DNA of 64,000 nt from Octopus vulgaris (taxonomy: Eukaryota), in the NCBI GenBank assembly GCA_951406725.2, contig OX597831.1:66898001-66962000 (forward strand), in the 5' to 3' direction. The translations under genes were made by a program, and so were the position numbers. The notes beneath the pieces were generated by a model. It worked only from the letters and a program-made list of their open reading frames with translations. It did no database searches and was not told where the DNA came from. Positions 38,127 to 51,364 of the stretch are shown one piece after another (the first letter of the stretch is position 1; each line of letters opens with the position of its first letter).

Positions 38127-39061
38127 GGTATTTGTATGAGCTTAAAGCTTATGGTGAACACCATGCAATGACTAAGGAAAATAGTCCAGTGAAGGGGCAT
38201 ATGAGCCCACGACAGAAAAAAGTAGGCTTTCCTATCATATAAATACCATTATTATTATTTGCAGGATTGTAAAACACTGGTGCTGTATAACAAAACCATT
38301 TTCACCGAAAGCATATATATATATATATATATATATATGACAGGCTTCTTTCAGTTGACAAGGCTAGCCCCTTTCACTCACAGCTGAGTGGACTGCAGTA
38401 CAGTACCTTGTTCAAGAACACAGCGTGCTGCTGGTAATCTACCAAATCCACTCACAAGGCTATAGTAGAAGACACTCTTTAAAGTATCGAGTTGAATTTT
38501 GTGTAGCTACCTGTTGGCAACTTTTCTCCCCCAACTCATTTTCTGGGCTCTTTTCATAGCTATAACCCATTAGAAATTTGCATTAGTTTTTGTATGAAAA
38601 AACAAAACAAAAGGAAGGGAAGGGGGCCCGTTTGTAGAGAAAATGTTAAATGTACCTGAATAAAAGAATGGTCTTTCCCTCAACTAAAAGACATGAAGAA
38701 CTATGAAAGAAGGCAAATAAGTACCAGGGGTGGGGGAAAGAAGAGAGAACTAACGCTCGATCCTTCTAGAACTCCCAGAATGACAACATAAACACTTGAA
38801 AGACTTTTCCTCCATTCATTTCTAAATGTCTTTCCCTCTTCTTCATTGTTAAAAGTAATGGTATGCATGTCTGTGGAGTACTCAGCTACTTGCGAGTTAA
38901 TTTTTATCCTTGTGTGGTAATGAAAAGTGAAAGTGACATCCAATATTTGCTGTAGTTGATTTAACAATGAGTCTATGTATCTATGTATCAACTTTTCTTT
39001 CAATCTATGTATCTACTGTCTTTCCCACTTCCTCTGTGTCCGCCTTCTCTCCTACTTATAA

Positions 39062-39955
39062 CACTGGTCAACAGCCAATTTTCATCAGGGATATTATATG
39101 TTGTTTTATATGTAGTTTTGTCTGCAGATTTCAAAAATGTAATCGGTTTCCTTCTATCAGGCACAGTTTTTCTGATGAGATAAGAGAGGTATATAACTCC
39201 CATCAGCTGTATTGCTACATCTAAACGTCTGATACAGGTAAATTCTGATTTTTGTTTTATAACTATTTGTATTCATTTTGTAATTTAATGTTTTCATAAT
39301 CTTTTCTTTTCATAAATTTTTCTTTCTGTTTAAGGTGCCAAGCCATCATCATCATCAAATTCTACTCAGGATGTCAAGGCATTGCAAGAACAGTCCTGAT
39401 ATATTTTGTCATGTCTGTGGTCCATTTACCACCAAAGCTCAGCAATGTGCCATCACAAGTGAAATCAAGAAGATCTACCAGTTATACTTTGGCTGCTCTC
39501 TTGGGGATCAAGATAAGGGCCCCGCACATCATCTGCTCAGCTTGTTCAAATGGACTAAGGGATTGGCTAAATAAGGGGAAGAGAGAGCAATGCCGTTTGC
39601 AATACCTATGATATGGAGAGAGCCAAAGGATCACTTCATGGACTGTTATTTCTGCAACGTTAATGTGTGGGTTTATTGTAAAGCCCAAGCACAAGATTGT
39701 GTATCCCAACTTGGAATTGGCAAGAAGACCAGTGCCACACAATGATGATGATCTTTCTATTCCAATACCACCAGAAAATGGCTTTCAGATGTCTAACGAA
39801 GATGTATTTCCTGAAGAAAATACTATTGCTGTGGAAGACACCGAAGTGGATGCAGATTTCATGATTGAAAATGAAGACGTACCACAGAAATTTTCTCAAG
39901 GAGAGTTAAATGATTTAGATAGAGACTTGTCATTGTCGAAGGACAAAGCTTTTGA
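39062..39955 (+). mobile_element. Chapaev3 (CMC) DNA transposon 5' fragment
   Basis: CAC-starting end; frameshifted CKNSPDIFCHVCG...YFGCSLGDQDK...MPFAIPMIWREPKDH..DCYFC...YPNL...FSQGELNDL.RDLSLSK. Confidence 0.75.
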
Positions 39956-40378
39956 TCCATGTATCAGTCTACTCTAAAAATACTGATAAACATTTAAAAA
40001 CACAAAACGAACACCATCACCACTCACTGTCTCTCTCACTTCCTCTCTGTCCTCCTCTCTCCCTCTTTGCCACAAACTTCTTCCTTTGAAGTAAGTGTAA
40101 CACATGCCACAGGTGTGTACAAAAACAAAAAGTTGGTGCATTGACATTATTATAATAATCCTTTCTACTATAGGCACAAGGCCTGAAATTTTGGGGGAGG
40201 GGACTAGCCGATTACATCAGCCCCAGTGTTTCACTGGTACTTAATTTATTGACCCTGAAAAGATGAAAGGCAAAGTTGACCTTGGTGGAATTTGAATTCA
40301 GACCATTAAGACAGACAAAATGCCACTAAGTTTTTGCTTGGCATGTTAATGACTCTACCAGCTTGCTGCCTTAAATAA

Positions 40379-41146
40379 TCTTACATATTAAAACTGAAAA
40401 TGTCTGTGTGTGTGTGCATGTATCGGTATGTCCTCGTTTTGCGCCAAAATGGCTTGACCGATTTTTCTTAAACTTCACACGCACATTGCTTATGTGTCTG
40501 GGGAGGTTTTAAATATAAATTGATTTTGAAAAGATGCTTGGGTAAATGGCGGAGGAACAACATTTGGGCAATGGTACATGCCTTGTTATCACAAAATTAC
40601 TTCCCAATGTCATTGAAGCAACGATTATGACCATCAAGACGTCTTCATACTGCGAATTCCCCTTGTGCCTTCAGCTGCTGATTTACAGTTCACATTCTGC
40701 AGAGTGCAGTTTCCAATTAGACTCAGTTATGCCTTGTCCATTAATAAGTCCCAGGGGCAATCACTGTCTGTTGCTGGACTTTACTTAGCCAAACCATGCT
40801 TTTCACATGGTCAACTGTACGTTGGCTGTTCAAGAGTGGGTTGTAGGAACAGTTTACATGCCTTCATCCCCCAGGGGAAAACCAAAAATGTTGTTTATAA
40901 GGAAGTTTTGTAGACTTGCTGTATTGGCACCATATTTCAGTCCTATGTTATTGCTGTAATAATTTTTGTTGCTTTATTTTTTCACTTGATTGTTGTCATA
41001 TTATTACACATGCGGTACCCTTAAAGAGGTGTTAGTCTTGCCATAAAGTGTGAAAGGTGCTTAAGGGAAGGAGGTGTTAATCGCTTTATTAGTTTCGCAG
41101 CCTTTTCGAACTAACACACCTGGGCAATGCCAGGTACACCTGCTAG
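40379..41146 (+). mobile_element. Internally deleted Helitron retaining the PIF1 helicase C-terminus
   Basis: A|TC...CTAG|T with 3' hairpin ACCTGG...CCAGGT; LGNGT.L, QFPIRLSYALSINKSQGQSL and FSHGQLYVGCSRV. Confidence 0.9.
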
Positions 41147-42879
41147 TAATAATAATAATAATAATAATGGTTTTAGATTTATTTTACGTTTGTTTTGGCA
41201 GATTTTTTATGGCTAGCTGCCTTTCCTAACATGAACTGCCCTGAATGGACTGAGTGCTTTCCATGTGAGACAAGCACAACTGAAGTTAGTTTTGGCAAGG
41301 TTTTTACTGCTGGATGCCCTTCCAGATGCCAACCACTTTATAGTGTAGACTGAATGCTTTTAACGTGGCACCTGCACTGACAGGGTTACCAAGTAATGAG
41401 CAAGACAAAATCTTTTGAGAGGGAAGGGGGCATTGGAGTAGGGTGATCTTGTGGCAGATGATGAAAGGTTATAGTGAGACAGAGAGACAGAAAGAGGTGT
41501 CTTGCTGTAGGGTAGGTACAAGGTTACCCAGCCAGAGGGAGAGAGAGAGAGATCAGGAATAAAGATAGAAACAGATGTGCTGCTGTCATGGAGATAGCTG
41601 GCTACCCAACCTGAAGGGAGCACAGGAGAAGAGAAAGAGAGGGAGACAGCAGGATAGAGATGGCAGTAGCAAAGTGTCAGGCAACTCACAAAGGACAGGG
41701 ATCAGGATATAAATGGGATGGTCGAGTAAAAGAAGAGAGAGAGAGAGAGAGAGATGGTGGCAAGTGCCAGGGTATACCCTTGAGATTCAAAGGTCATAAT
41801 ATAAGTGGCAAGATATCGCCAAAGAAGTGTGAGTAGAGAGTGGTGAAGAGGAATGGAGTGAGTGGTGAAAACTTGGATATATAGAGGTTGGGGGACTACC
41901 AGATAGCGACGATATAGAGAAACAGAGCTGTAAGGACAGGATTGGAGAGTGAAAGGTAAGCATAGTGCATGAAGGAGAAAATGTGAGGAAGAGAAGAAAT
42001 GTAGAGATGTAGTTTCGTTTGCTGGGTCAGGGTGTGTGAAAAGTTATCTTGTAACATGTGGGTGGTGGAACAGGTCAGGGGCTAGCAGATAGAAATGATA
42101 CAGTGAAACAGGGCCAAGAGGACAGGATTGGAGAGTAGGAGGTAAGTATAGTGCATGAAAGAGGAAATGTGAGGAAGAGATGTAGTTTGGTTTGTTGGGG
42201 TAAGGTGTTTGTAAAGTTTGCTTGTTACGTGTAGGTGGAACACACAGCACTTCTAGAACTCAGTTTTCCTGACATGGGTGGATCTTCTCAAGCACTTCAT
42301 ATCACCAGACATCATAGTCCATTGTCATTTTCTCTGTGAGGTCCAACATCCTGAGATTGGTTAATAATAATAATAATGATAAAGGCGGTGAGCTGGCAGA
42401 ATTGTTAGCACACTGAGCAAAATGCGTAGCCGTATTTCGTCTGTCGTTATGTTCTGAGTTCAAATTCCGCCGAGGTTGACTCTGCTTTTCATCCTTTCGG
42501 TGTCGATAAATTAAGTACCAGTTATGCACTGAGGTTGATGTAATTGACTTAATCCCTTTGTCTGTCATTGTTTGTCCCCTCTGTGTTTAGCCACTTGTGG
42601 GTAGTAAAGAAATAAATAATAATAATGATAATAATAATAATAATAATAATATACTCAACCTGAAGAAAATTCTAACTGGGCCCCACCTGCAAGGTCATGT
42701 GCTGTTTATCTTGATATGAGATCACCATGTCGCGCACATGTGGTTGTGATGCATGTGCCTGGTGTACCCTTATCAGACGGGTAGTCATGATGGGTATATT
42801 GGGCTTCGTATATTTTACCCCAGTGTCACTTTGATGGCATGAACTGCTCTCTCACTCAATAATAATAATAATAAATTTG

Positions 42880-44746
42880 GGGGAGAGGGTTATTTGAGAG
42901 AAGTAGGACAGGTTAACATGAAAGAAAACAGTCAACAACAGTGCATTGCACCCAAAGGCAAATATGATAAGGCTATATACACTGAGTAATGCAGGAGGAT
43001 GAAGACTTGTGAGTGTGAAATATTGTGGGATCTTTTCGGTTTGAACGGCAGTTTTGTCTAGCGGTGTCATATGAAATTGTCACCCATAATTATGACCCTA
43101 GTATCGATCTATTGCATTTCAATCTGTTTTAGGGTTAGGGTTAGTTAGGGTGGGGGGAAGGGTATCTTTGTTTCTTCACAAATACGGCACAGAATGTTTT
43201 TTTACCTCAATAGACGTCAGTGATTGGTTGAAATTGCAGAAATTGAAGAAAAACAACAACAAATATCTTACAAACCATAGAATTTTCTCAATAAAGCCAA
43301 GAGAAAAAGATGTTTTATAAACACATTCTACCAGTATACGAAGTTTAAAATTTTTTAGTTACCTAGAAATTATGTTAAAAACTGCCGTTCAAACCGAAAA
43401 GATCCATATTGTGTAGCTGGTGAATTCAGGTGTTTAGATTTTTATTTGGCCAGTAGTAGAGAAGAAACTTTTAAAGTATGTTGCCAAAAGCAGTGGTATA
43501 TGCATTGAAACTACTGAAAGTAAAGAAACAGGTTGCTAAGCTAAGAAAATGAGCATGTAGGAGAGTATGGAATTACATGGTGAATTTGAAAGACAAATGA
43601 AAGACAATTCGAAAGACAAGTAAAGGTAGAATCATCATGGAAGTGGTCGACAAAAAGTGATCTTAAAAGAGAGGCAGAGAATTTGTAGGTGGTTGCTCAG
43701 GGTGAAGCACTAAACACAAACCCAGAAGGAAGAAATAAGTGTAGGTTATGTGGAAAGTAGGCAGAAAGTGTGAAACACATTGTGAGTGCCTGTGGCATGC
43801 TTATGCAGAGAGAGTATAAAAAGCGTATAATGAAGGCACATGGGTTAGTGGTTCATGATTGTATGGCCACGAGCATGATTTCCATTGGTCTGTTGTATCC
43901 TTGAGCAAGGCACTTTATTTTATGTTGCTCCAGTTCATTCAACTGGCAAAAGTGAATAGTATCTGTATTTCAAAAGGGCCAGCCTTGTCACATTCTATCA
44001 TCATCGTTTAACGTCTGTTTTCCGCGCTAGCACGGGTTGGACGGTTTGACCGGGGTCTGGGAAGCCAGGGGCTGCTCCAAGCTCCAGTCTGGTCTGGCAG
44101 AGTTTCTACGGCTGGATGCCCTTCCTAACGCCAACCACTCCGCGAGTGTAGTAGGTGCATTTTACATGCCACCTGCACAGGTGCCAGGGGGTGTCCGGCA
44201 TCGGCCATGATCGGTTGGAGCTTTTAACGTGCCAGCGGCACGGAAGCCAGCCAAGGCGGCGCTGGCAATGTTCGGATGGTGCTTTTTATGTGCCACCGGC
44301 ACAGAAGCCAGTCAAGGCGGCACTGGCATCGGCCACGTTCGGATGGTGCTTTTTATGTGCCCACATTGAATCTCTCTGAGAACTATGTTAAGAGCATGTG
44401 TGTCTGTAGAGTGCTCAGCCACTTGCACATTAATTTCACAAGCTAGCTGTTCTGTTGATTGGATCAACAGAAACCCTCAATGTTGTGACGGAATGCCATA
44501 AAAGGTGTCATGAATAAAGAGTGCTTACATTGCCACTTTGTGCAAGAAATACGGGTTTCCAACCACTGAGAAATGGTATCAGTACAAACCAAAGAAGATC
44601 CTAAAAAACTAAATAGTGAAACTCCTGTGGGACTTTACAGTCCAAACAGATAGAATCCTTGAACATACAAGACTGGACATAACTTTGGTGGAGAAAGGTA
44701 CTGTAAGGTACTGATGTGCTAACAATTCTGCCAGATCGCTGCCCCG

Positions 44747-44790
<44 letters not shown>

Positions 44791-45215
44791 TGGTTCAGAC
44801 TTTGCCATAAGGGCAGCAATTTTGGGGGAGGGGATGAATCGATTACATTGACCCCAGTGTTCAACTGATACTTATTTTATTGACCCTGAAAGGTTGAAAG
44901 GCAAAGTCGACCTCAGCGGAATTTGAACTCAATGTAGTTTGCTCAGCAGATTATTACATCAATGATAAAGAAAATGAGAAAATCGTAAAATATACAGACT
45001 TGACGTTAGATGTTGAGAGAATGTGGCATATGAAAAAAAGCAAGAATAGTACCAACTGTGATTGGAGCACTTGGGTTGGTGACAAAAAAAAAGCCTCTAG
45101 AAAATACCTTGATACAATTGGAGTCTGTTCCAGCATTACAACACTGCAAAAGACGACACCTTTGGGAACAGCAAACATCCTACAGGGAGTACTATCTGAG
45201 GTTACATAACTTGAT
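42880..45215 (+). mobile_element. Fragmented R4/Dong-clade LINE 3' region (CCHC + RLE endonuclease), multiply interrupted
   Basis: KCRLCGK..ESVKHIVSAC, LCKKYGF..EKWY, LLWDFTVQTDR, EKIVKY and VIGALG..., LQK.T.LGTA motifs. Confidence 0.7.
43028..43405. mobile_element. Merlin-like MITE
   Basis: Same TIRs; perfect TSD ATATTGTG. Confidence 0.85.
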
Positions 45216-46263
45216 AGGAGTCAATAAAAACAGTCTAGTGTTCACAAGATAATGACTGTAAGAAATGAAGGAATAAAAATAATAATGGTTTTAAAGTTTG
45301 GAAATTTTAGGGGAGTGGGTAAATCAATTACATTGACCCCCAGTGCTTAACTGGTATCTATTTCATTAACCCCCAAAAGGATGAGAGGCAAAAATCAACC
45401 TCGGTGGAATCTGAACTCATAGCATAAAGACGGATAAAATTCTGCTAAGCATTTTACCTGGAATCCTAATGATTCTACCAGCTCACTGCCTTACTACTAC
45501 TGTTATTACTACTACTAGTGGCGTAATATTTGACTTGGCAGAAACATTAGCATGCCGGGTGAATTGCTTAGCGGCATTTCGTCTGTCTTTACATTCTGAG
45601 TTCAAATTCCGCTGAGGTCGATTTTGCCTTTCATCCTTTCGGGGTCGATAAATTAAGTACCAGTTACGCACTGGGGTCGATGTAATCGACTTAATCCGTT
45701 TGTCTTCTCTGTGTTTAACCCCTTGTGGGTAGTAAAGAAATAGGTATATCGTCTGTCTTTACATTCTGAGTTCAAATTCCGCCGTGGTCAATTTTGCCTT
45801 TGATCCTTTCGGGGTTGATAAATTATGTACCAGTTGTGTACTGGAGTCGATCTAATCGACTGGCCTCCTTCCCCAAAAAATTTTGGGCCTCGTGCCTAGG
45901 GTAGAAAAGAATATTTGAACTTGTACTTTATGTTATGGACTCCTGAAAAGATGAATAGTAACGTTGACTTCAATGAACTCAAAATGTAAACAGGTGGTAA
46001 GAATATTGCATGTTTTTTTTTGACATTCTGACAATTCTGCCAGCTCACCAACAACAATAATAGCCCTTTCTACAATTGGCACAAGACCTGAAAGTTTTGT
46101 GGAGGGGGCCAGTCGATTAGATTGACCTCCAGTGCATAACTTGTACTTAATTTTTGAACCCCATAAGGATGAAGGGCAAAGTTGACCTCATAACGTAGTG
46201 ACAGACGGAATACTGCAAAGCATTTTGCCTGATGTGCTAACAATTCTGTCAGCTCGCTGCCCC

Positions 46264-46310
<47 letters not shown>

Positions 46311-46317
46311 TAATAAC

Positions 46318-46348
<31 letters not shown>

Positions 46349-46583
46349 GGTTCAGACTTTGCCATAAGGGCAGTAATTGTGGGGGAGGGGATGAATCGAT
46401 TACATCAACCCCAGTGTTCAACTGGTACTTATTTTATTGACCCTGAAAGGTTGAAAGGCAAAGTCGACCTCAGTGGAATCTGAACTCAGAACGTAGTGAC
46501 AGGTAAAATACCACTAAGCATTTCGGAAGTGTTGCAAAGCATTCCACCTGGTGTGCTAATGATTCTGCCAGCTCACCCCCTTC

Positions 46584-46621
<38 letters not shown>

Positions 46622-46622
<1 letters not shown>

Positions 46623-47160
46623 GGCAGTGGCTCTCATGGCTTCTGATCTTAACTGATTGGAAGTGTCATCATGTACATTGTTTTGTCTTGGTATAAAAGA
46701 TGGGCTACAGCAAATATTCTGCTCAATACCACAGATTTGCTTGTCAGTTGCTTGACCTTAACCAGTTGAGCATGTCCCTTGGTGGCTGATGATATGTGCA
46801 TCTCTGATCACAAGCAGAAGTAGTGGGGGAGCATCATAGCCATGTGTTGAGAGGAATTCTTTGGGGTTTGGATAATTCACCCTTGGAAACATGGGTGCTT
46901 CATTCATCATCCTTAAATAAACCTTATTCAGGGACCTTTTGAGTGGGATGGGTTACTCGACCTGAAGAAAATTCTAATTGGGCCCCCACGTGCAAGGTCA
47001 TGCACTGTTTATCTTGATATGAGGTCACCACTTCATGCACATATAGTTGTGATACATGTGCCTGGTGTACCCTTATCAGACAGGTAGTCATGATGAGTAT
47101 ACTGGGCTTCGTATATTTTACCCCAGTGTCACTTTGATGGCATGCACTGCTCTCTCACTC

Positions 47161-47200
<40 letters not shown>
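46622..47200 (+). repeat. Unclassified ~540-bp repeat embedded in (AAT)n (truncated copies at 20372-20700 and 42650-42870)
   Basis: Three copies share the same end (...CTCTCACTC or variant) followed by (AAT)n and differ in 5' extent. Confidence 0.65.
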
Positions 47201-47203
<3 letters not shown>

Positions 47204-47444
47204 TCTATTGTAGGCACAAGGCCTGAAATTTTGGGGTAGGTAGTAAGTCGATTACATCGACCTCAGTGTTTCCCTGGTACTTAATTTATCAACTCCGAAA
47301 AGATAAAGGGTAAAGTCGACCTTGAAAGAATTTGAACTCAGAACGTAGAGGCGGGCGAAATACTAAGCATTTCATTCAGCGTGCTAACGATTTTGCCAGC
47401 TCGCCGCCTTAAATAATAATAATAAAGAAGAAGAAGAAGAAAAG

Positions 47445-47718
47445 ACTTGACAAACTAGGGAGAATAATAGACTGGGAGTTATGTAGAAAGGTAGGATTTG
47501 ACTATACTAGTAAATGGTATGAACATGAACCAAAGTTGTGAGACTTCAACATTCAGGCTGACAGAGTAATAGAAGCTAGAAAGCCTGATTTAATATAAGC
47601 GGGGAAAGAGAATAGAAAGTACCAGGTAATTGACTTTACAGTCCCAAATGACGAGAAAGTCATTATGAGAGGTAGAGAGAAAATAGCAAAGTACCAGGAC
47701 CTAGCCATTGTGTTACAA
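47445..47718 (+). pseudogene. Second R4/Dong RLE fragment
   Basis: WELCRK.GF...KWYEHEP, DFNIQADRVIEARKPDL and IDFTVPND...EKIAKYQDLA. Confidence 0.7.
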
Positions 47719-48379
47719 GTCTTTCACACAATTATTCTCTCCCCAGTTTCACCCATAAAGCATAGGTCGACCCCCATGCTATATTAAAAGACATTCATGA
47801 TGCTACTCAGTGGTGTAGAAGTCTGGACTTCACGAAAAACTGAACACCTTAAACGTTCGGCTAAACTGCATCTATATACATATATACATGCGTGTGTGAA
47901 CGTGCACAATTGCTTCTTACACCCACATCAACCTTAATCGAGTAGACCCGATAATCAAAGGTAGTCGAGCGATCGCTATTCGTGTTTTTATTTTAATTTA
48001 TTGTTCAATGTGGCTTAACTTTTCTGATTCGGTGGGTGTGATTTGATGGAAATTTAGACATTACCCCATTAACCGCGAAAAACACTCCTTTGTTTATAAA
48101 TATGAGTTGGGGGGGGGGGAGCATTTTTCTCTTTTTTTTTGTGTTATCATAGGGAAAACGACTATATTAATTTCTTGGACGTTATTTTACATTATATTCA
48201 ATATGTTTAGTTATAGCTTTATACGTAATGACTCTTAATGTTTACAATCAGCCGAAAACAAAATAACCATCTATTACATATGCATAATGAAGCAAGGGAA
48301 ATAAAAGTGACCTTCTAGCTTTTTTCAGATACATTATCGAGCAGGAATTGAAATCGATCTATAGACTGTTTTCTATCAT

Positions 48380-48785
48380 TCATATCGATACAAATATATG
48401 GTACTAGACGAAGAATAAATAACAAATAAAATATTTATTTCTTACACTTCTCTGACCTTTGGATATTTTAAGGAAACAGAATGTTCATTCTTTCTCAAGG
48501 GCACCAGTAACGTCAGTGCCTGATGTCCTTGAGAAATTAGCGACGTGAATTGATTAAGTTTAACGGCTTTAACTGAGAATCGAAACCACCACAAATTATG
48601 ACGCATTTGAGGACACGCCTCCTTGCAGTAGTGATAATAATAACTGTGAAAGGCGTGTAACCTTGTCATTCAACAGGAAATTATTGTTTTGAAGAAGCGC
48701 ATGCGTAATAGCATTCAGATTAGAGTTTTGGGTGAAGGAAATGGGAGGGACGAAAATCTAAACTTCCGGCAGTGGGTCAAAGAAC
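48380..48785 (+). promoter_or_regulatory. CNNM promoter/5' region
   Basis: GCGCATGCGT (NRF1-like, 48697), ACTTCCGG (ETS, 48762) and TATCGATA (DRE-like, 48383); repeat-free and CpG-enriched. Confidence 0.55.
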
Positions 48786-50124
48786 ATGGCCACTTCGTTG
48801 TGTCACCATGGGATTCGAATGGTTCTCTTGATATTTGGCCTCCTGCACTCGGCTCAGCGTTGGGTGCAGGCGGTCCGAGTTGACGCAGTTTTAATTGAAG
48901 AGGAATCTATAAAAAAGGATGACACGGGGTCCCAAGTAGTATATGCTTCAATCAAACAGAAAATCCGACTGATCGGCCATGAACTCTCCGATAAAACTGA
49001 AGTATCCTTCACAACCAAAGAGATGCAGAGGAACGACAGCTGCAGCAATTTGCAGCGGACCAGCGCTTTCGTGGCCTCCTCGTCCGAATCAAATATATCC
49101 GTGATAGTTAAAGTAAAATTGAACCCTCTGCATCCCGGACAAACTTATTATTATTTGTGTATAAAGCAACCTTTAACCGTAAATTCCGAATTGAAAGTGG
49201 ATCATTGGATCCACCAGGGTAGCGACTCTTGGCTCCGACTTAAGGCTGAAGCATATAGAAAGACTTTGTTACCTATATGGATCCAAGTAATTTTGATAAT
49301 TGTTCTGTTATGCTTGTCAGGCCTTTTCAGTGGTTTGAATTTGGGGTTGATGTCTTTGGATAAAACAGAATTAAAGATTATCGAACAGTCAGGTTCCAAA
49401 TCTGAGAAGCGTTACGCGCGGATTATACGACCAGTCCGAGAGAAGGGAAACTTTTTACTTTGTACTTTACTTTTAGGTAATGTTTTAGTGAACAACACAT
49501 TAACAATCTTGATGGATGATTTGACCGGCAGTGGTATTTTTGCCGTCATATCAGCCACCGTAGGTATTGTGGTTTTTGGAGAGATAGTACCACAAGCCAT
49601 TTGTTCGCGCCATGGACTAGCCGTCGGAGCCCGCACTGTATGGATTACACGTTTATTTATGTTCTTGACATTTCCCCTCTCCTATCCTGTTAGTTTAATA
49701 TTGGACAAAATTCTGGGAGAAGAAATCGGTCAGGTGTACAACCGAGAAAAATTGCAGCAGCTCATTAGGTTGGCGAAAGATTTGAAATGCGAAGAAGTAG
49801 ACATAATCTCCGGAGCATTGGCTCTAACTAAAAAAACGGCGAAAGATGCTATGACTAAAATGAGTGATGTTTTTATGCTAGAACTCAACACTATCTTAGA
49901 TTTTGAGACAGTGTCTGAGGCCATGAAACAAGGTTACACTCGAATACCTGTTTATGAAAAAGACCGGGAAAATATCGTAGCTATTCTCAACATCAAGGAT
50001 TTAGCCTTAATTGATCCTGACGATAAAACCCCTTTGAGAGCGGTGTGCAAGTTTTACAATCACCCCGTGTTGTTTGTTTTTGACGACCATAAACTGGATA
50101 ATATGTTACAAGATTTTAAACAAG
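48786..50124 (+). CDS. CNNM: CNNM/ACDP family metal (Mg2+) transporter (uex/CNNM2/4-like), first coding exon
   Basis: Signal peptide, extracellular domain, DUF21 ([24 protein letters not shown]) and CBS pair (GYTRIPVYE). The exon ends FKQG|GTAAGT at the phase-1 position used by vertebrate CNNMs; the ORF-track tail SKWYKHTLS is intronic. Confidence 0.95.
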
Positions 50125-50679
50125 GTAAGTCAAAATGGTATAAACATACACTTAGCTGATAAATTCACATATCCATGTGTGCGCGAACAATCACGACGTG
50201 CGACCAACCAAGTTGGCAGTAAACAAATGCAAATGTGTGAAGCTAACACGATTCGTATGTATTTGTCTACAGGTCGTTAGTTGTAGCTAATTCTCAATGT
50301 GAAATTTTAACAATTCAGTATTAAAAGACAATGCGTACAGGTTATGTTCTTCGAAAAAAAAAAGAAGACAATCATCCTATGATTCTCTTATATACAGAGG
50401 GTACCTGTCCAGTTTTTGATTATGAGACTAAAGCGGTGTCATACAATTGTTTGTCGCTATGCATTGTGCAGATAGGTGCATAAGATACACTAATAAAAAT
50501 ACAACGCTTTGTGTATATTTATACACCTACACACGCACACAGGTATATATTGATTTATATCCGTTTTCACACACACATATATATATATGTATGTGTACGT
50601 GTGTGTATATGTAATATATACGCATACATTATATATATATATACGTATGTATGTATATATGTAATATATACAAATACAT

Positions 50680-50710
<31 letters not shown>

Positions 50711-51303
50711 GTGTGTGTGTATGTATATATGTAATTTATACGCATACATTATATATATATATATATATATATATGGATATATGTATTACCTTTTCTTTCC
50801 AGAATTATATTTAGATGTAAATGTATCCCACATACACAAACATATATACATACATATATATATAGGTACTGTAAATTTAGGGTGAATACTTGATAAGTGT
50901 AAGCACCTGTATACGCCAGCTAGTGGCAGAGGTGATAGGGTATATATCAAATAAAATCAGTGTTCTGTTTTTGATTTTATTTGATATATATATATATATG
51001 TATGTATCTATGTTATGTATATACATATATGTGCGCGTGGCTTAGTGGTTAGGATGTTGCACTGACGTTTCTATTCCTGGACTTCATTTCACGTTACACC
51101 ATTCCACATACCTGCCAAAAATGAGTAAAACTCCTACGGGCAGGCGTCCTGTCCAAGGTGTGAATATGTATGCCCCAGAATCTACGAAACTGGTCTCATG
51201 CTCCCAGGACTCGGGAAGGAACTTCGATCCTTTTTTTCTTTTGTGATGTATATATATACCTGTATAAGTATAATATATATACTATATACCTGTATATGTG
51301 TAG

Positions 51304-51364
<61 letters not shown>

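Noticed and set aside
38701-39003. 100-aa minus-strand ORF as a host exon
   Set aside because: No recognisable domain and no convincing splice-site pair.
46188-46696. Poly-Asn/poly-Leu ORFs
   Set aside because: They come from (AAT)n tracts between SINEs.
48514-48519. CAGTGC iron-responsive-element loop upstream of a metal transporter
   Set aside because: The flanking five bases do not pair, so there is no IRE stem.
50125-50159. CNNM as a complete single-exon 457-aa protein
   Set aside because: A consensus GTAAGT donor lies at the conserved intron position; the second CBS remainder and the CNBH domain are absent from the window.
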